Origin: Raillietiella orientalis
Taxonomy: Eukaryota
DNA length: 64,000 nt
NCBI GenBank assembly: GCA_036172245.1
Contig: JAYWIR010000044.1
Location: 434,001 to 498,000 of the forward strand
Reading direction: 5' to 3'
Part shown: one piece after another, positions 37,761 through 50,400 of the stretch
Layout: each line of letters begins with the position of its first letter
How positions within the stretch are numbered: the stretch's first letter is position 1
Position numbers and translations under genes: made by a program
The notes under the pieces: model-generated
Seen by the model: the letters and a program-made list of their open reading frames with translations, nothing else
Told to the model about the DNA's origin: nothing
Databases searched by the model: none

Positions 37761-39292
37761 ACACGAAGGCTGATTCTTCTTGCGACAGGAGTTTTAGAGA
37801 CCCCACATAGAGGAGAAGGCGAGGATGCCTATCCTGCTACAAGTGGACGAGCACTCGCAGAGAACTCAGGTGCTCTCAAGTGCAGGCCCGACTTTTGCAG
37901 CAGCAGCACAGGTCGGTGGCACTTCCGAAGATTCTATGCGAGAAATGTGTCCGGAACGACCATTCGGTGGCGGCGGCCTGCACGACACCCAAGTGCTTCT
38001 GTTCGTTGAGGGCAGCTGACCAGCCTTTTGTAGAAACTGCTGGTGCAAGAAGCGTCGCCCCAGTCCAGGACATTTAAGAAGCCTCGAGATAGCGCTGTAG
38101 GAAAAGCAGCGTCGTTTGGACCGTCGTCGCCGAGGGCGAGATCCACCTGGCGGTTCACAGAGTTTCGGTTTCGACGGTATGCACGCGGGGCGACCTTCGG
38201 GGAATTGTCCGCTGGCATGGACAGCTCCGAAGTGCTCGAAGACGATATTCATCGGAGTTTCCTTGGAACTAAGCTACTGCGACCAATCGCCCGTCGTGCA
38301 TGCTGGCGCTCACCGAACGCCGGGCGATCCACTTTTCCCAGCACGGGGAGGTGGTCGAGCTTCACCAAGAGGCGCAGTCTTCTCGGGACGGTTCTCTCCT
38401 GGAGTTCCAGAATAATCGGAATCGACGGCCGTTACCAGAAGGTGCAAATCTCGTAAGAGGAGGAGCCCGATTTCCTCCGGGGCTGCACGCCCCTAAGTCA
38501 CGGAACGGCAACGTGGAGAAGCGTGGAAGGTCCGCCCTCACGGAGCTGCCTGCGCCTGCTCTGACGGCTGCTGACTCGAGTCCAGCAGGAAAGAGAATCT
38601 CTCTCCTCCTTTCGTCGGAGCAGGACGACAATTTTGTTGAGGGATGTCGAGCTGGACCGCTGACCTCCCAGCAGGGACCCGCCTCGGTTCTTAGCTCCAA
38701 TGCCGGTGGCAAAAATCTCTGAAAGAAACGGCTTCGGGTAGGCGAGTTCTCCCAGGAAAACGCGTGAGGGCCCTAGAAAGCGTGCGTGGGAGGATGTCCA
38801 TTGCGCTGAAGACCTCTCAGGGTGCAGCGGCATTCTGGGAGTCCAGCTGCTGATTCGTCCCATTCATACCGAGGAGACTTACAGCTTTGCGGAATGGCGC
38901 TGTGGATGCAATCCTGGATCTCAAAATCCCGAAAATATAATTTATCCTTTATTAAAAAATCATCAATCAATGGAATTCTTTATATGATACCTGGGGTGGG
39001 ATATAATGATTATAATTATACCTCTAGAGCTCATAAAGAGTAAGCTGTGGATAATGTAATACTCTGAATGCTTACGTCATCAACAGGTAATTAATGATCC
39101 ATCATACGGTATGCAAATGAGACAATGAAATTAAACTCCTTGTGTTCCATAAAAGCTTTGACCCGCGTTGGCGGTCTCATAGGTGCATTCTCCGCGCGTG
39201 GTGCCAAGTGATGATGGTTCGAATTTCCAATTGATCAAACAACGCCGGGAAATAGGTGCGTCGTGGGTTTCAAGTTCCCCCCCACCCCGGCC

Positions 39293-39389
39293 TATTCGGG
39301 TACAGCACTGGTGAAAGCCGGAAAGCGGATGCCCCCTTGAATGGCTGGGATTGGAAGTCGGCCGTTCGGGGTCCCTCCTGGAATCAAGG
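39293..39389 (-). mobile_element. Distal piece of the GC-hairpin 3' region (homolog of 6044-6138)
   Basis: GGAAGTCGGCCGTTCGGGGTCCCTCCTGGAATCAAGG vs GGGAGTCGACCTTCGAGTCCTTCCAGGAATCAAGG; ATTCGGG...GCACYGGTG...AAGCCGGA is also shared. Confidence 0.7.
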
Positions 39390-39705
39390 TTTTTACCTGG
39401 TGACGCCAGGACGTCTGTTTAAAAACTAAACCACCAGTCAGAGGGCAACAGTGTCCGCGAATACCAAGGACAAAGCGGGAGTTCATTGGAAATGACCACA
39501 AGCACATAGGCCGGCTTCTACGAAAGCAGGCTGCGAAGAGAGAGGACAACGAATAAATAAAAAAAAGACGGGAAGGGAGGCACAGGGGTCTTTGGTTTTC
39601 TACATTCCTTTCTCTGTAGAAACTGATGTGTGTGGTGGTGACCTCATTCGTGACCTCCTTTGGCAGATGAGACCACCTTGCAGCTACCCTCATGGAGGTG
39701 ACTGC
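39390..39705 (-). mobile_element. LINE 3' end
   Basis: MRVAARWSHLPKEVTNEV, T-tract, terminal motif CCTGG-CGTCA-CCAGG-TAAAAA. Confidence 0.8.
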
Positions 39706-40300
39706 TTCTCACCCGGGTGCGCCGGGGTGTTTATTGCTAAACTATCCGGGAACAAAATTTCCGGACAAAGAACAGAAAAACGAAGGGAGGGCTCGCCGAC
39801 ACTCAGGTCAGTAAATCCGAAAGTCCGGAACGGGAGGGAGGGGGCCACAAATACATATTTAAAAAAATAGAAATAAAAATATGGGAAGGGTAGGGGACAT
39901 AAGTCTTTGGCTTCGGCCTTTGCTTCCTTTCAGAGCCGGCGTTGGATGCCGGAGATCTCGTTCCTTACTTCTTCCGGAAGATGATACCAACCGGCAGCCG
40001 ACGTCATGTTCTCGTCGGCTATTCCGGTGGCCTGTCGACGAATCGCCTGCTTCTCCAGCTCTCGGTGGGCCTTGTCGATGGCGCGGGTGCAACAGACCGT
40101 TGCGACCACCGCACCTAACGACAGGCCATTTGTCATGAAGAAGAGGCGCATCAAATCCCTTGCCGTGTTCCCCTGGTGCAGGAGAGCTGAGGCCAGCCTC
40201 CGCCACAGTCCTTGGAGGACACCGCAGTCCAAGAGCAGATGCAGGAGCGTTTCTGCCGCTCCGCACCGTTTACAGTTCGGGGAGACAACTCCCCAGAAAG
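39706..40300 (-). mobile_element. LINE 3' end with intact CCHC zf-RVT
   Basis: SPNCKRCGAAETLLHLLLDCGVLQGLW is open to the stop at 39930; T-tract; terminal motif 39706-39735. Confidence 0.9.
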
Positions 40301-41229
40301 GAAGTAGCGCGAAAGTGGTCCATGAGAGCTAATCGAGGTTTCCCGAGGGGCTTGTCCTTTGAATTTTCAGAATATGCTTCTTTGCCGGAGTGTATGGTCG
40401 CTGCTTTTGAATTCCCAAAGACGTGCTGTTGAATGCACTCCATCGGTAAGGCGGAACGAAAGATGAAACCTGGAGCTCCCCAATCAGTCGCTCCTGAATG
40501 ATCGAAAGAAGTGTGTACAGACACTGAAAGAGCGAGCAAAGTTCCTCGAGGACTCGCAATTACCGGCTTCTCAGAACTTTCGCTACCGGCGAACCATGCA
40601 CTTCCTAGCCCCATCTACTCATCGCTCGTTATCTATACTGGAATACTTGATTCCACTGTATAAGAAAGGACCTACAATTTGATGATGCCTACGTATGAAA
40701 CCTAAGATTGCCATGAAATCGATAGACAAATACTGTCTGAAGTCTTACGATGAACCTCAGATGCTGGAACACATTTCTCCTATTACTGCAGTTGAATGCT
40801 ACTTGTCCACTCCTCTTAAAATGGATATATGTTTCGTTAGATAAATGAATAAGAGACCATATGTAAAAAATCTAACAGCCAAGGAACAAAATCCTAAACT
40901 GAATTCGTGTACTTTTGTCATATTAGAAAATTACTGTAACTAATAATTTCTAAAGAATTCTTCTTCTTTGCTGTGAGCAAAATGCCAATCTTTGCGCAAA
41001 CTTCAAAATATTTCGATAAGATTCACAGAAAACTACTTTTGAGGACAACATCCTTGATATCTACATCTGCATTCATCAAGTCATTTTTTTTTCTGTTTAT
41101 TTTTAAGAGAAAAAAAGTCAGTAGCGACCTGAAGGGGAGACCGTTACTATTGGCTCAGGATGACGAAAACTCCTTTTTGGTTCTTTGTCTCTGTTTTCCT
41201 TCCAGCTTTTTTTTTGGGGGTGGTTTCAT

Positions 41230-41430
41230 GATTGGGTCGCTAAGTACCGAAGAACAGTTTGCCTTGCAGCTCACGAAGCTCTTCAACAGTGTCCACGCCA
41301 CCTGAGAGGGAGTGAGGACTCCTCAATTGAAGGAGCAGCTTTCTGGATCCAAAGGATTTCCTGGATCCCTGCGGATCCAGGAAGGCTCCGAAGGAAGAAG
41401 TCCTTTCCCCTCACTCTCCTGTTTGCCTCC
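41230..41430 (+). mobile_element. LINE C-terminus plus GC-hairpin 3' region fragment
   Basis: TCGCTAAGTACCG is shared with about 6806-6818 (minus strand); 11-bp hairpin TTCCTGGATCC-CTGC-GGATCCAGGAA at 41358-41383. Confidence 0.55.
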
Positions 41431-41431
41431 G

Positions 41432-42330
41432 ATATCCACTCGGCCACGCCGGGGCACTCATCAAAATTAAAAAACAAAACCATAAACTGTGGTAGGGCAC
41501 GTGGTCCCACCACACTCCGTTTGTCCACGTATCTGCCGGGTGCGTGGACTGGGTGGGGGTCACCTCGACAGTGGAGGGGGATGGGAGAAAACAAAAAGAA
41601 AAATAAAATAAGAGAATGAATAAAAACCTTTGAGAGGGTCAGGAGGGGACTACAGTCCACCGAAGAGAGTCCGCATCCTTTCCAGGACGCTAGATCCGTC
41701 CGAATAGGTCCCACGTGGGACTGTCTGGTCACTATCCGCAGGAGGCGAGCCGCGAACTGGACGGCATCCCTCCGGTTCTTTCTCTGTCGGTTTCTCTCCC
41801 CGCAACGGCACAATCCCACGGATGCAGCAAAGTGCTGTGGGACTGCGGATTGATGCAGGGAAATTCGCCCGAGAAGCAGCCACAAAATGACCCTGGGGTG
41901 CCATTAAGGATCCGCAGGGTCGTTCACAAGGCGTTCCCATTGGGACAGGAGGGCAACACAGTCCACAAGCAGGTGAGGGAGGGATTCCCACTCCCTGCAC
42001 CTCCGCAGCAGTTGGACTCCACAGCCTGCCGGGTCCAGTGAGACTGGCGGGAGTTGCACGGGAGACCCCGGTGCAGCAGCAGAAGTGCTGACTCCTGTCA
42101 ATTCAGAGGAAGGGCTCGGTTGTTCTTCAGAGCTGGGGACCACTCGAGGTCTTCCTGTAGGATTCCCAGCAGCTCACCTTAGCGCAATAGTCCTTTCGGT
42201 GGGGCGCTTGGAGTAGCTGCGACCGTTATTTGATCCGTGGCCCAACAACCTAATTCCTTCTTCCGAAGATCTATTTCACAACTGACCTCCCATTTGACCT
42301 GCTGGTTATTTCCTTGGCGCTCCCTGAGCG
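41432..42330 (-). mobile_element. LINE 3' end with zf-RVT
   Basis: VKWEVSCEI...KGLLR...LLHRGLPCNSRQSHWTR...RRCREWESLPHLLVDCVALLSQW; T-tract; terminal motif 41432-41462. Confidence 0.85.
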
Positions 42331-42385
42331 AGGACACAGCCGCAGCTAGGGAGGTTCTTTGCATGGACGCAAAGAATGACGTGGC

Positions 42386-42620
42386 CTGTCCCCGAAGAAC
42401 ACGCGGTCCCTTCCCTAGGTGCGGACACCGTGTTCCCACTGCAATGGAATGCTTCTTCCGACTGTTCCAGGTGCGGAGCGAGGAAATCGTTCCCGCGCCT
42501 CCCGTTGGACTTCCTGGGGGACTTGTGGCGGAGACCAGCCTCGGTCATCAGCAGGTCTCTTCCGCTTCCGACTTGCTGCGGCGCTTCTTCATTCAAGGCA
42601 AGCTGAAGACGATGGCGCCG
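42386..42620 (+). mobile_element. LINE fragment (inverted copy of 30915-31226)
   Basis: EHAVPSLGADTVFPLQW...DLLRRFFIQG; nucleotide match to the reverse complement of 30915-31226 with an internal deletion. Confidence 0.75.
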
Positions 42621-42622
42621 GG

Positions 42623-43720
42623 ATTTCACACCCGGGTACTCCGGGGGGTTTATTCCGTTACAGGAATCGATGGGGCCGATGGCCCATCAAATCCCATTGT
42701 TATATTTGAAAGAAGAGGGGCAGTCGGAGAGGTCCACCACGTCCACGAAGGGAGGGGGATGAAACAAAAATAGAAAAAAAGGAAACAAACTACAACAAAC
42801 AATAAAAACAAAAAAAAAACAAAAATTAGTTAGGGGGAAGTGAAGGGATCACATTTTGTGGTGGGTGAGGCCTTTGCATCCGTTGAAGGATGCAGGCGAG
42901 CTCCTCCTTCTCCCTTTCCAGGTGGGGCCATCCCAAAGCTATCTGCAGGAAGTGGATGGCGTGCGGGACAGCCCCCCCGTCGCTATGGCCTCTCTCGGCG
43001 TTGCACTTCGTTGCGACGGCACCGCGCTGCGATTGCGGCTACAGGCGTCATGGCGTCTCGCACGAAGAGGGGCCTCAAAGAGTCTCTGGAATCGTCCACG
43101 GGGCGCGGAAGGGACGCGGAGAAACGTTCCCACAGTTCCCGGAGGGCGACGCACTGCACTAAGAGGTTGGAGAAGGTCTCCTTCTCTCCACACCTGGCAC
43201 AGTTCGGCGATGCGCTCCCCCTTGTCCAGTGGTGCCGGCGCGCATTGCACGGAAGACCCCAGTGGAGTACCAGCAACGCCGATTGCTGCCACCTGAGAGG
43301 AAGGAAGCAGCTTTTTGTCCATAAATACGGGGGGAACTTCCAACTCTTTGGGCCGAATGGAGAAGAGTTCGTCCCAACGTTTCAGTCCTTTGGAGACGGT
43401 TCTTTCTGTTGCCGCGTCAGCCAGCTGCCTCGGAGTCCAGCAAACGATAAAGCCCATTCCTGCGGGCCGAGATCTCGCAGGAAACCTCCCACTTCACCGG
43501 TAGGCCGGTGCCATGTACCTCGACAGCGGAGGACACTGCTGATGCGAAGGGGGGGCACCGTGATCGCAACGAGATGCTGCGCTTGTGCCATGACGACAGT
43601 CCGCCACGTGTTGGAGTTTCGTTCGCACCAAAGTCCACCAGCATGGCAGCCACCTCCATTCTGATTGATAAAGGGTTTCCCCCAGAATATTTGAAAAGGA
43701 AAGAGTGAGTGGGTAACAAA
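42623..43720 (-). mobile_element. LINE 3' end with zf-RVT (most complete copy)
   Basis: KGLKRWDELF...LLVLHWGLPCNARRHHWTRGSASPNCARCGEKETFSNLLVQCVALRELW...GWPHL; T-tract; terminal motif 42623-42654. Confidence 0.9.
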
Positions 43721-43749
43721 ATCCGCCGCTGCTCACTGAGGTCTCCGTG

Positions 43750-44520
43750 ACAGATACGACAATGGGGCTGTAGTCACCATGAGGCTGCTCTCACGTAGGT
43801 GGCGGTCTCGCAGATGACCTCTCTTCCTTGAGACTGAGACTTCAACATATGGCGGGTTGCGAGTGCTGTGCGGGTGCAACGCAGCGCTGTGATCATGGCT
43901 CTTGTAGAGAGTCCGCCTCGCGCGAAGAATCTCCGCAGCAGGTCCCCTGCACGTCCTCAGGGTGCAGGAGTGCTGGTCACTGGAAAACTCCCCGGAGAAC
44001 ACCGCAGTCTACCAAGAACACTCGCTCACCTGGCGTCCAGGCGATCTAGGTCACGATGGAGATCCCTCCACAGTGAGGCTCGATCATTGCACTGAGATTG
44101 GACTGACCTCTGCGGTAACTACAAACGTGGGTCAATCAAAAGCAACAATTTTTCGAAGATCGCATGTGGGGCCTCCGGGACGCCAAACGACGGACCAGGA
44201 ATCCGCCATCTCTTCGCCAAGCGCGCGGACCGTCCGTCTCTTTCCTGATGCACAGGCGTCCTGTCCGCATCGTGCGAGGATGGGCGTGACGGGGTCGCAG
44301 ATCCCTCGGAAACCAGGATCCTACGCTGGTTGCACAGGAGACTCCAGTGCAGAAACAGCAGCCCATCCTGTTTCCACTTCAAGGGATACACCGAAGTGTT
44401 TGCGCAAATAGGAAGTACCACGAGCTCTTCGGAAGACACACTCAGCACTTCTGTCCACTTCACTCTTCTGAAGAGTGGCGGTGTTCATCAGCTCTGGGAG
44501 TTTCCTGACTCCTGCAACGG
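43750..44520 (-). mobile_element. LINE ORF2 C-terminal fragment
   Basis: KWTEVLSVSSEELVVLPICANTSVYPLKWKQDGLLFLHW...VDCGVLRG...DLLRRFFARGGLST. Confidence 0.7.
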
Positions 44521-45649
44521 CACAGGAGAACGCACACCCCTCCGGCTGGCAGCAGTCGTTGCTTGCCCCGAGGGTTGGCAGCGCTGCGGCCAGGGGTGCG
44601 GCTATCAGGCGATGTGCGAGCTCTCCTTTACTCACTGCAGGAGTGAGTTCATCGTCAAGTCCTTCAGGGGAATCTCCCGGAGGGTGGCCTCGGAGGCAAC
44701 GCAGGAGACAAAGTCGTTGCGGGCCCGGGTCTCAATCGCCACTCGCCGCCGCGCATTCGTCCGATCGGGCGGCGAAAGTTCCAAAGGCGGGCTTCCGTAG
44801 AACGAGGCGAGTTGTTTCGGTGGGATGCGAAACTCCCACACCCTGTACCGGCATCGCGACGGCAACGACAAAAGTCCTTCGCTCCCGAGGCAACGTCGGA
44901 GGACGAGGCACCCACCACGGGCAAGTCCGCAATCTGGTAAAATGAATCCGGGTGTTGGTGGTTGCCTGACGGACAATCCCAGGAAACAGAGTCAACGTCC
45001 AAACCAATCTTAGTGCCGCAAAGCGAAGGGAAGGTGCCATGTTGGGCGTCGCTTGCGTCTACTCATGTTCATCATCGGTGTCGAAGGAAGCAAGTTAGAA
45101 AAACAGCAGTCAAGGACTGTCTTTGTACTTCTCCTCCGAAGGCATGGCAGTAGCAGAAAGAGCTTCTTTGGAAGCAGCACGACCACTTTGATGCGTATTC
45201 AGCGGAAATGGCTGTTTGCAGAACTACCTATGCGGATTGAGTGAGAGGCTAGAAGAAATTTTTTTTTGCCCACGTTCTTCACCGGCCGAAGCAACGCGCA
45301 TCCTGCCAATTTCTGCTGGCCGTTGGATTTCTCTGGAGACAGCCTTCGAAACAATCCCATCTGCGATTTGAACTTTTAGATGCTGAACAGACTGTCAGTC
45401 TCCACTGTGGAGGACACTCGTGTGCCGTCCGAAAGGAAAGCCACGTGACATGTGACCTGATCTGCTTTTCGATGGACGATCGCCTCCGTGTCAGATGTAG
45501 ACTGATGTCATCGCACATATCAGGAAAATGCTTCATGTCATGGCAAGCTGCCGTAAAAGCTCAGAGAGCCCTAATGTCAGCTGCAGTTGCTGGGCAGCAG
45601 CAGAATGTAGCGTTCTGGGTCAGCACAAAACTCAAGCCAGGATGCTCGC

Positions 45650-45760
45650 TGCGGCTGGATCAAGATGACTTTTTTTTTTTTGTGTTTTTTCAAAGGAAAA
45701 AAGGCTTTTGTACTCCACACCGGTTTAGAAGCACAGAATTTGTGAAATTCAGCAATTCCT
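45650..45760 (-). mobile_element. Possible L1 endonuclease-RT linker relic
   Basis: WSTKAFFPLKKHKKKKVI (cf. W...G..NTK.FF...K.R...N.I). Confidence 0.3.
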
Positions 45761-46229
45761 TTCTCCTGGTTCCAGGCTCCAGTGCATGTATGATCTGGTC
45801 CGGTGGATCGATTCGCTTTATCGGTTTCTTCCCTAAATCCTTGCGTTGTCGAGTTCGGTTTCTCCTGTCGAATCGGCGATTGGTGAGTCGGAAATTTTGC
45901 CGTATATGTTGTATGAAAACCAAAGGGGTGGACTTCTTCCAAGATGGAGCAGATTTTCTCGCGAGTATTGGAAGTAGGATGTAGATGGGAGCAAAGAAAT
46001 GGAAGATGAACTGAGGTATTCACTTGCCAATGAATGCTGGCAAATCGGAAAGATGAAAATTAAATTATCTGACAGTAGGATAAGAACGAGGGAAGCACTG
46101 TGGCCGTGCCTGTGAACTGTGCAGAAAAAACTCATCTGTACCAATTTGAAAACACAAAAAATAACTTTGGCTCTCAATCGTAAGGAGACCTTTATCCACA
46201 GTGAGACACGTGAATGACACGTTGGCGAG

Positions 46230-46710
46230 ATGTCGAGCATGCATAGAGATAGATTCATTCGGAAGTTTCCGTGGTCATTCAAACCACGATTGCTCATAGT
46301 GGTACTCACAATGGCACAAGTGGATGGCATCGTGGTAAGGATCCAGGGCAGGAAATTGATAGCTACTGTCGGGCGAGTCTTAGAGGCCAGCCGCTGCTCT
46401 CGCTCTACAGAATTCCTCTTCGGTTGCTCCTGGTGCCTCATGCCTTCCTCAGGAGCTGAAGAAAAGACCCTTCACCCTGCACCCCTGCAGTTCCGATGCA
46501 CCTTTATCACATGATCATGTAATCCGTGCTTTGCAAACGGCGCTGCCCACCATCAGCTGGTGGAAGAGCAAAAAACTCCGAGAGCTGCATCGTCCGTACG
46601 AGCACTGGTCACCAGGAAACGCCCGCCGTATCTTCTCTTGCTTCAAAGTGCGGGCTGGGAAGAAAATCGTGTGAGGTGGATACGCTTAAGCGATCACCCA
46701 CGTGCTGACT
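46230..46710 (+). mobile_element. L1 ORF1 plus endonuclease relic, collapsed
   Basis: FPWSFKPRLLIVV...IVVRIQG...IATVGRVLE (DUF4283-like), FRC...HDHVIR (decayed knuckle), then VRALVTRKRPPYLLLLQ and LSDHP (endonuclease start and end). Confidence 0.5.
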
Positions 46711-47799
46711 CATTAAAATCATCTGCGCCTTGCGATCGAGTGCTGACCCGCTCTATCGTTCCTGCCGAGTTGCGCCATCGTTTGTGAGAATTCCTGTAGC
46801 CCCCTTCCCCTACAGCTACTCTTCCGTTCTAAAACGTTCTAAGACGTCCTATAAATCTCAGGAAGGGGCTAGCAATGCACGGTTCCTCTCTCCCAATCGC
46901 CGGCCAGCTAAAAAACGCAGGTCATCGAACATTAGCTGATGCTTCATTGGAGGAAGTGAAAAAAAAATATCGGTCCTTGCAGGGCGAGAAGGACTGTGCA
47001 GCATGAAGCCATGGAAACGACTCTGTTTGCTAGATCATTTGTTTTCGTTTCCAGCCGGTTGTCGTATTTCATGCGTGAAGGAACGGAGGAACGTCATAAC
47101 ATATTTGAGTAGGTCTATGAGGCCGCTCGCGTACTTGTAGATGCCATAACAGAGACGGCTGCTTTTCGGAGGTCCAAATAGGGTCTTCACTCGATGCACT
47201 CGAGACATCCATTTCCTCCGTCCTTATTCCAGCAGTATAAATGAGTTAAATTCTTGGGGTACGCTTCTCCTTCCGAGGACTTTCAAGCAGAGGAAGCGAA
47301 AAGTAAGCCCACAGCGAACTGCATCCTCTCCTCACAGCATCTGCCTGACATCTCCGGGGATCTCACTGTGTTCCCTTTCAGCGTTTTGCATCTCACATTC
47401 TTCATCGTGAATGATTAACTGCTTTCGGAAAAAGAGATGTCCCACAGAAAAAAGGGAGGAATTCTTCGTGTTTCCATCTTCCATCACATCTGTGTTGAAC
47501 CTAATAGCATTTTTTTTTTTTTTCTGTTCTCTCAATGCGTCCCCCACGCCTTAGGGACGGCAGCCACACCGTGGAAAACGGAAGGACATTCATTCTATAG
47601 ATCTTTGTAAAAGGGCCTCTAATGGTTGCCATATTTGCTCGATCCAAAGCAAAGACTGAGTGCAGACTACAGCAATCTCTGATTAGGTAGATAGGTGAGC
47701 TCGGGGTAGGTCGGGTCATATTAGGTAAGTTAGATCAGGTCATGTTGGCTCAGCTCAGCTCAGGTTTGAAAACTTATGACTCATGAAGGCGACTTGTAC

Positions 47800-47950
47800 G
47801 TGAAATCCGCACCCCCCAGGCGAACGCACACTTCCACATGCACTTCTGCTTGTCCGTATGCCGAATGCGCTTTTAATCTCTGATGCCCATGAGCTACGAT
47901 GAGGTTGCATACAGTGGACAGGAGCGATTGAGGGCAAGGAGTTTTCCAAC
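47800..47950 (-). pseudogene. PPR-like relic
   Basis: MQPHRSSW...SAYGQAEVHVE (cf. M...D..SW..MISAYAQ.GH). Confidence 0.35.
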
Positions 47951-48205
47951 CTCTTCTTGTGAGGCTTCCACGGCCGATAATGAGCTTAGGCATGAGTCTA
48001 TCTATTTCTGTTTTTGGTCCACGCAGAGGAAAGTTGGATTTCGGTTCAGAGAAACTGCTGCTACGGCGATGCTTGAGTTGGTCTTTGTGCTTGAAGAACT
48101 TGGAAGAGCTGCAAATTTTTCTCAGACATCCCATTTGCTAACGATTTTACTTTATACTGTTTGGGGGTGGCGTTTCTGACCGCTCACCATTGATACTTTA
48201 GTCGG

Positions 48206-49390
48206 GTGGTGGAATGCAGCCACCTGAAGGGTGAGAATCCCCACTGCACCCGGGACACTTCGGCTCTGAATCGTGAAGACACAGGCACAGATCTCCAAAG
48301 GGGGGGAACAGCCGCGATTTTACTTCGTAATGAGATGAGCGTGGAAGCTTCTGAAGAGCATCTCTCGCTAGAAGAGCAGTTCGCAGAATCGGAAATTGGT
48401 TTAGGCACCAAAAAGTTTCGCCTTCTACTGGAGCACGGACGTGTCGAGCAAGCTGGCCATCAAATCAACACGCAAGGCTATCCCGAATACGAAGAAGCAG
48501 AGAGCTCCATGGTTCGAAACCGACTCTATTTGTTCTCACGGACTGAAAGAAGCTTCCTCCATTCTGATCAATGTTCCACGAAGATTAACCTTCAGTCGGG
48601 AAGCAGAGAGTCTCTCTGCTGGACATGATTCCAGTTATCCGGAGGGGAAACATCCTCACCTGATAAAAACTTTGACGACTGATGAACTCCTACTTTGAAC
48701 GACGGACATTCCGGTAGCATTTTCCCACGGAATCCTTCTGATGGTGTCCCTTCTGATCAAGTATGCTGATTCCCAACGACGGGAAGACCCAAGTTCCGCA
48801 GTCTGGAACTTGGCTTCCTGCTAATCAGCGTTCCCTAATGAGACTGCGACGTCTTCCCCATCGGGACTACGATCGTTTCAACATGGAAGAAAAGTTAGCA
48901 CTCGGTGCTGAAGCCCTATTCTTCAACTGTCTGAGGATTAGTTAGAGAGGTCACCATAGGGAGGCTGGGTAGCTGGACGTAGCGAAAGAAATCTCGGAGG
49001 ATCTCGCAGTCTTTCGACAGCACACGAGTGTGGCAGCCTCTGCTCTGCTCTGCTTCTACGTTTTCAATATTTTTAGCTTCCCACTTGAAGAACGATCTTG
49101 GACAGGACGGAAATTCTTTTCCAGCTACTCTCCCACTCTTTGGAAAGGCACGCAGATATCCAAAAGACTGAAATCAGGCGAAACCTGAGTGATGCAGTTC
49201 ATTTTTTCAATTTTGGGGTGTACGGAAAAGCGCAGACGCGACGTTCCCATTTTATTCCCGGGTTTCCCAGGCACCAGAACAGACATGTGGGTGAGGAACT
49301 GGAACGAGGCCCTGAAAGAAGGGATCACCGCGAAGAACTCCCAGTCAAACCTGCTGGTGAACACCGCAGCCAAAAAGCTTTCACGTCGCA
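48206..49390 (+). mobile_element. LINE endonuclease relic and RT N-terminal relic
   Basis: RGGTAAILLRN...KKFRLL...RNRLYL...HSDQ (48290-48570); PGFPG...WNEALKEGI (49255-49330). Confidence 0.4.
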
Positions 49391-49396
49391 TCCGGA

Positions 49397-49720
49397 TGCT
49401 CACTCGGTGGCGCCGGGGCGTTTATCTAATAAGGGACATTGACAAATTGGGAAAAACTGCTCCCGGATCAACAAGAGCGTGATTGGGAAGCAAAAGACGT
49501 TCAAAGGAAGGGGAGCACCCACACGCAGGTCGGGATCTCTAAGAGTCCGGAACGGGAGATAGGGGGACGAGCAGTAAATAAAAAAAAGGTGTAAAAAAAA
49601 AAGGGCGCAACGGCCGTTCCTTCTTTCTAAACCGATGCTTCATGCTGGCGATCTTCTTCTTCTGGACTTCTTCTAGGTGAGGTCACCCAGCAGCCGTCCT
49701 CATGCAGACGGCTGCCATAC
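49397..49720 (-). mobile_element. LINE 3' end
   Basis: MRTAAG*PHLEE, T-tract, 3' UTR similar to 39706-39880 (shared CTCCCGTTCCGGACT), terminal motif 49397-49426. Confidence 0.75.
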
Positions 49721-49721
49721 G

Positions 49722-50160
49722 TCTATGTATTAATGTATACATATGAACCTAATATCTTACTAACTATTATACATATCTATATTTTTCTATCTCTGTCTCT
49801 CTATCCATATCTAATTTATCTATCTATTGCTCATCTATCTATCTATGCCTGTCTATGTCTATCTGTCTATTTATAGATAGATACATAAGAATAATGGCAT
49901 ACATGCATTTCCTGTAATCTATATGCAAATGGTATTTATATATGATAAAGATATTATAAATTATCTGAATAATATGCGTGTTGATAAATATTAATGCAGT
50001 TGCATGTTAAAATAAAGATGTTTATTAATTTTCATATCAATATACACATTAATATACTTAATAAGCATATTTATATTTTTATGATCTTTGTAGGATTTGG
50101 TAATCTAGACATTTATCTAGGTGTAAATATATGTATCAATATACGTAACACAGATGGGTA
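49722..50160. repeat. AT-rich low-complexity tract with decayed (TATC)n/(TA)n
   Basis: Composition and TATCTATC/ATATAT runs. Confidence 0.8.
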
Positions 50161-50169
50161 TTTATTTTC

Positions 50170-50400
50170 AAGATCTTTTGGGATTTGCATGGCTCGGGAC
50201 TTTGAAGGAGTTCCTGAAAGCTTCAATGTGCTGCAGTCCGGAAGTTCGTTGCCAAGATACTCCTTCCTACCTTTGTCTCCTGTTCTTTTATTGTGTTTAT
50301 GATTCACATCTTAGCCTGTGGAGTGGAGATGCATTCCGTGAGCTGCTCTATTATCTATGAGCACATTGAGCGGTTTTCACCAGCAACGAATTGTCAGAAG
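50170..50400 (+). pseudogene. PPR relic
   Basis: LLGFAWLGTLKEFLKASMCCSPEVRCQDTPSYLCLL (cf. I.GFA..G...EAL..F..M..EG..PD..TF..VL). Confidence 0.45.

Noticed and set aside
41425..41460. tRNA or tRNA-derived SINE head (TGGCCGAGTGG A-box, minus strand)
   Set aside because: No B-box or cloverleaf follows; it is one variant of the LINE terminal stem-loop.
42766..42825. Poly(A) tail of a + strand retroelement (also 41588, 49575, 53917)
   Set aside because: These A-runs are the reverse complement of the T-tract that follows the ORF2 stop in minus-strand LINE copies.
49380..49450. SF1 helicase motif VI-like LTRWRRGVYLI (also HTRVLRGVY at 42627)
   Set aside because: It is the antisense translation of the conserved 3' nucleotide motif; no other helicase motifs are present.
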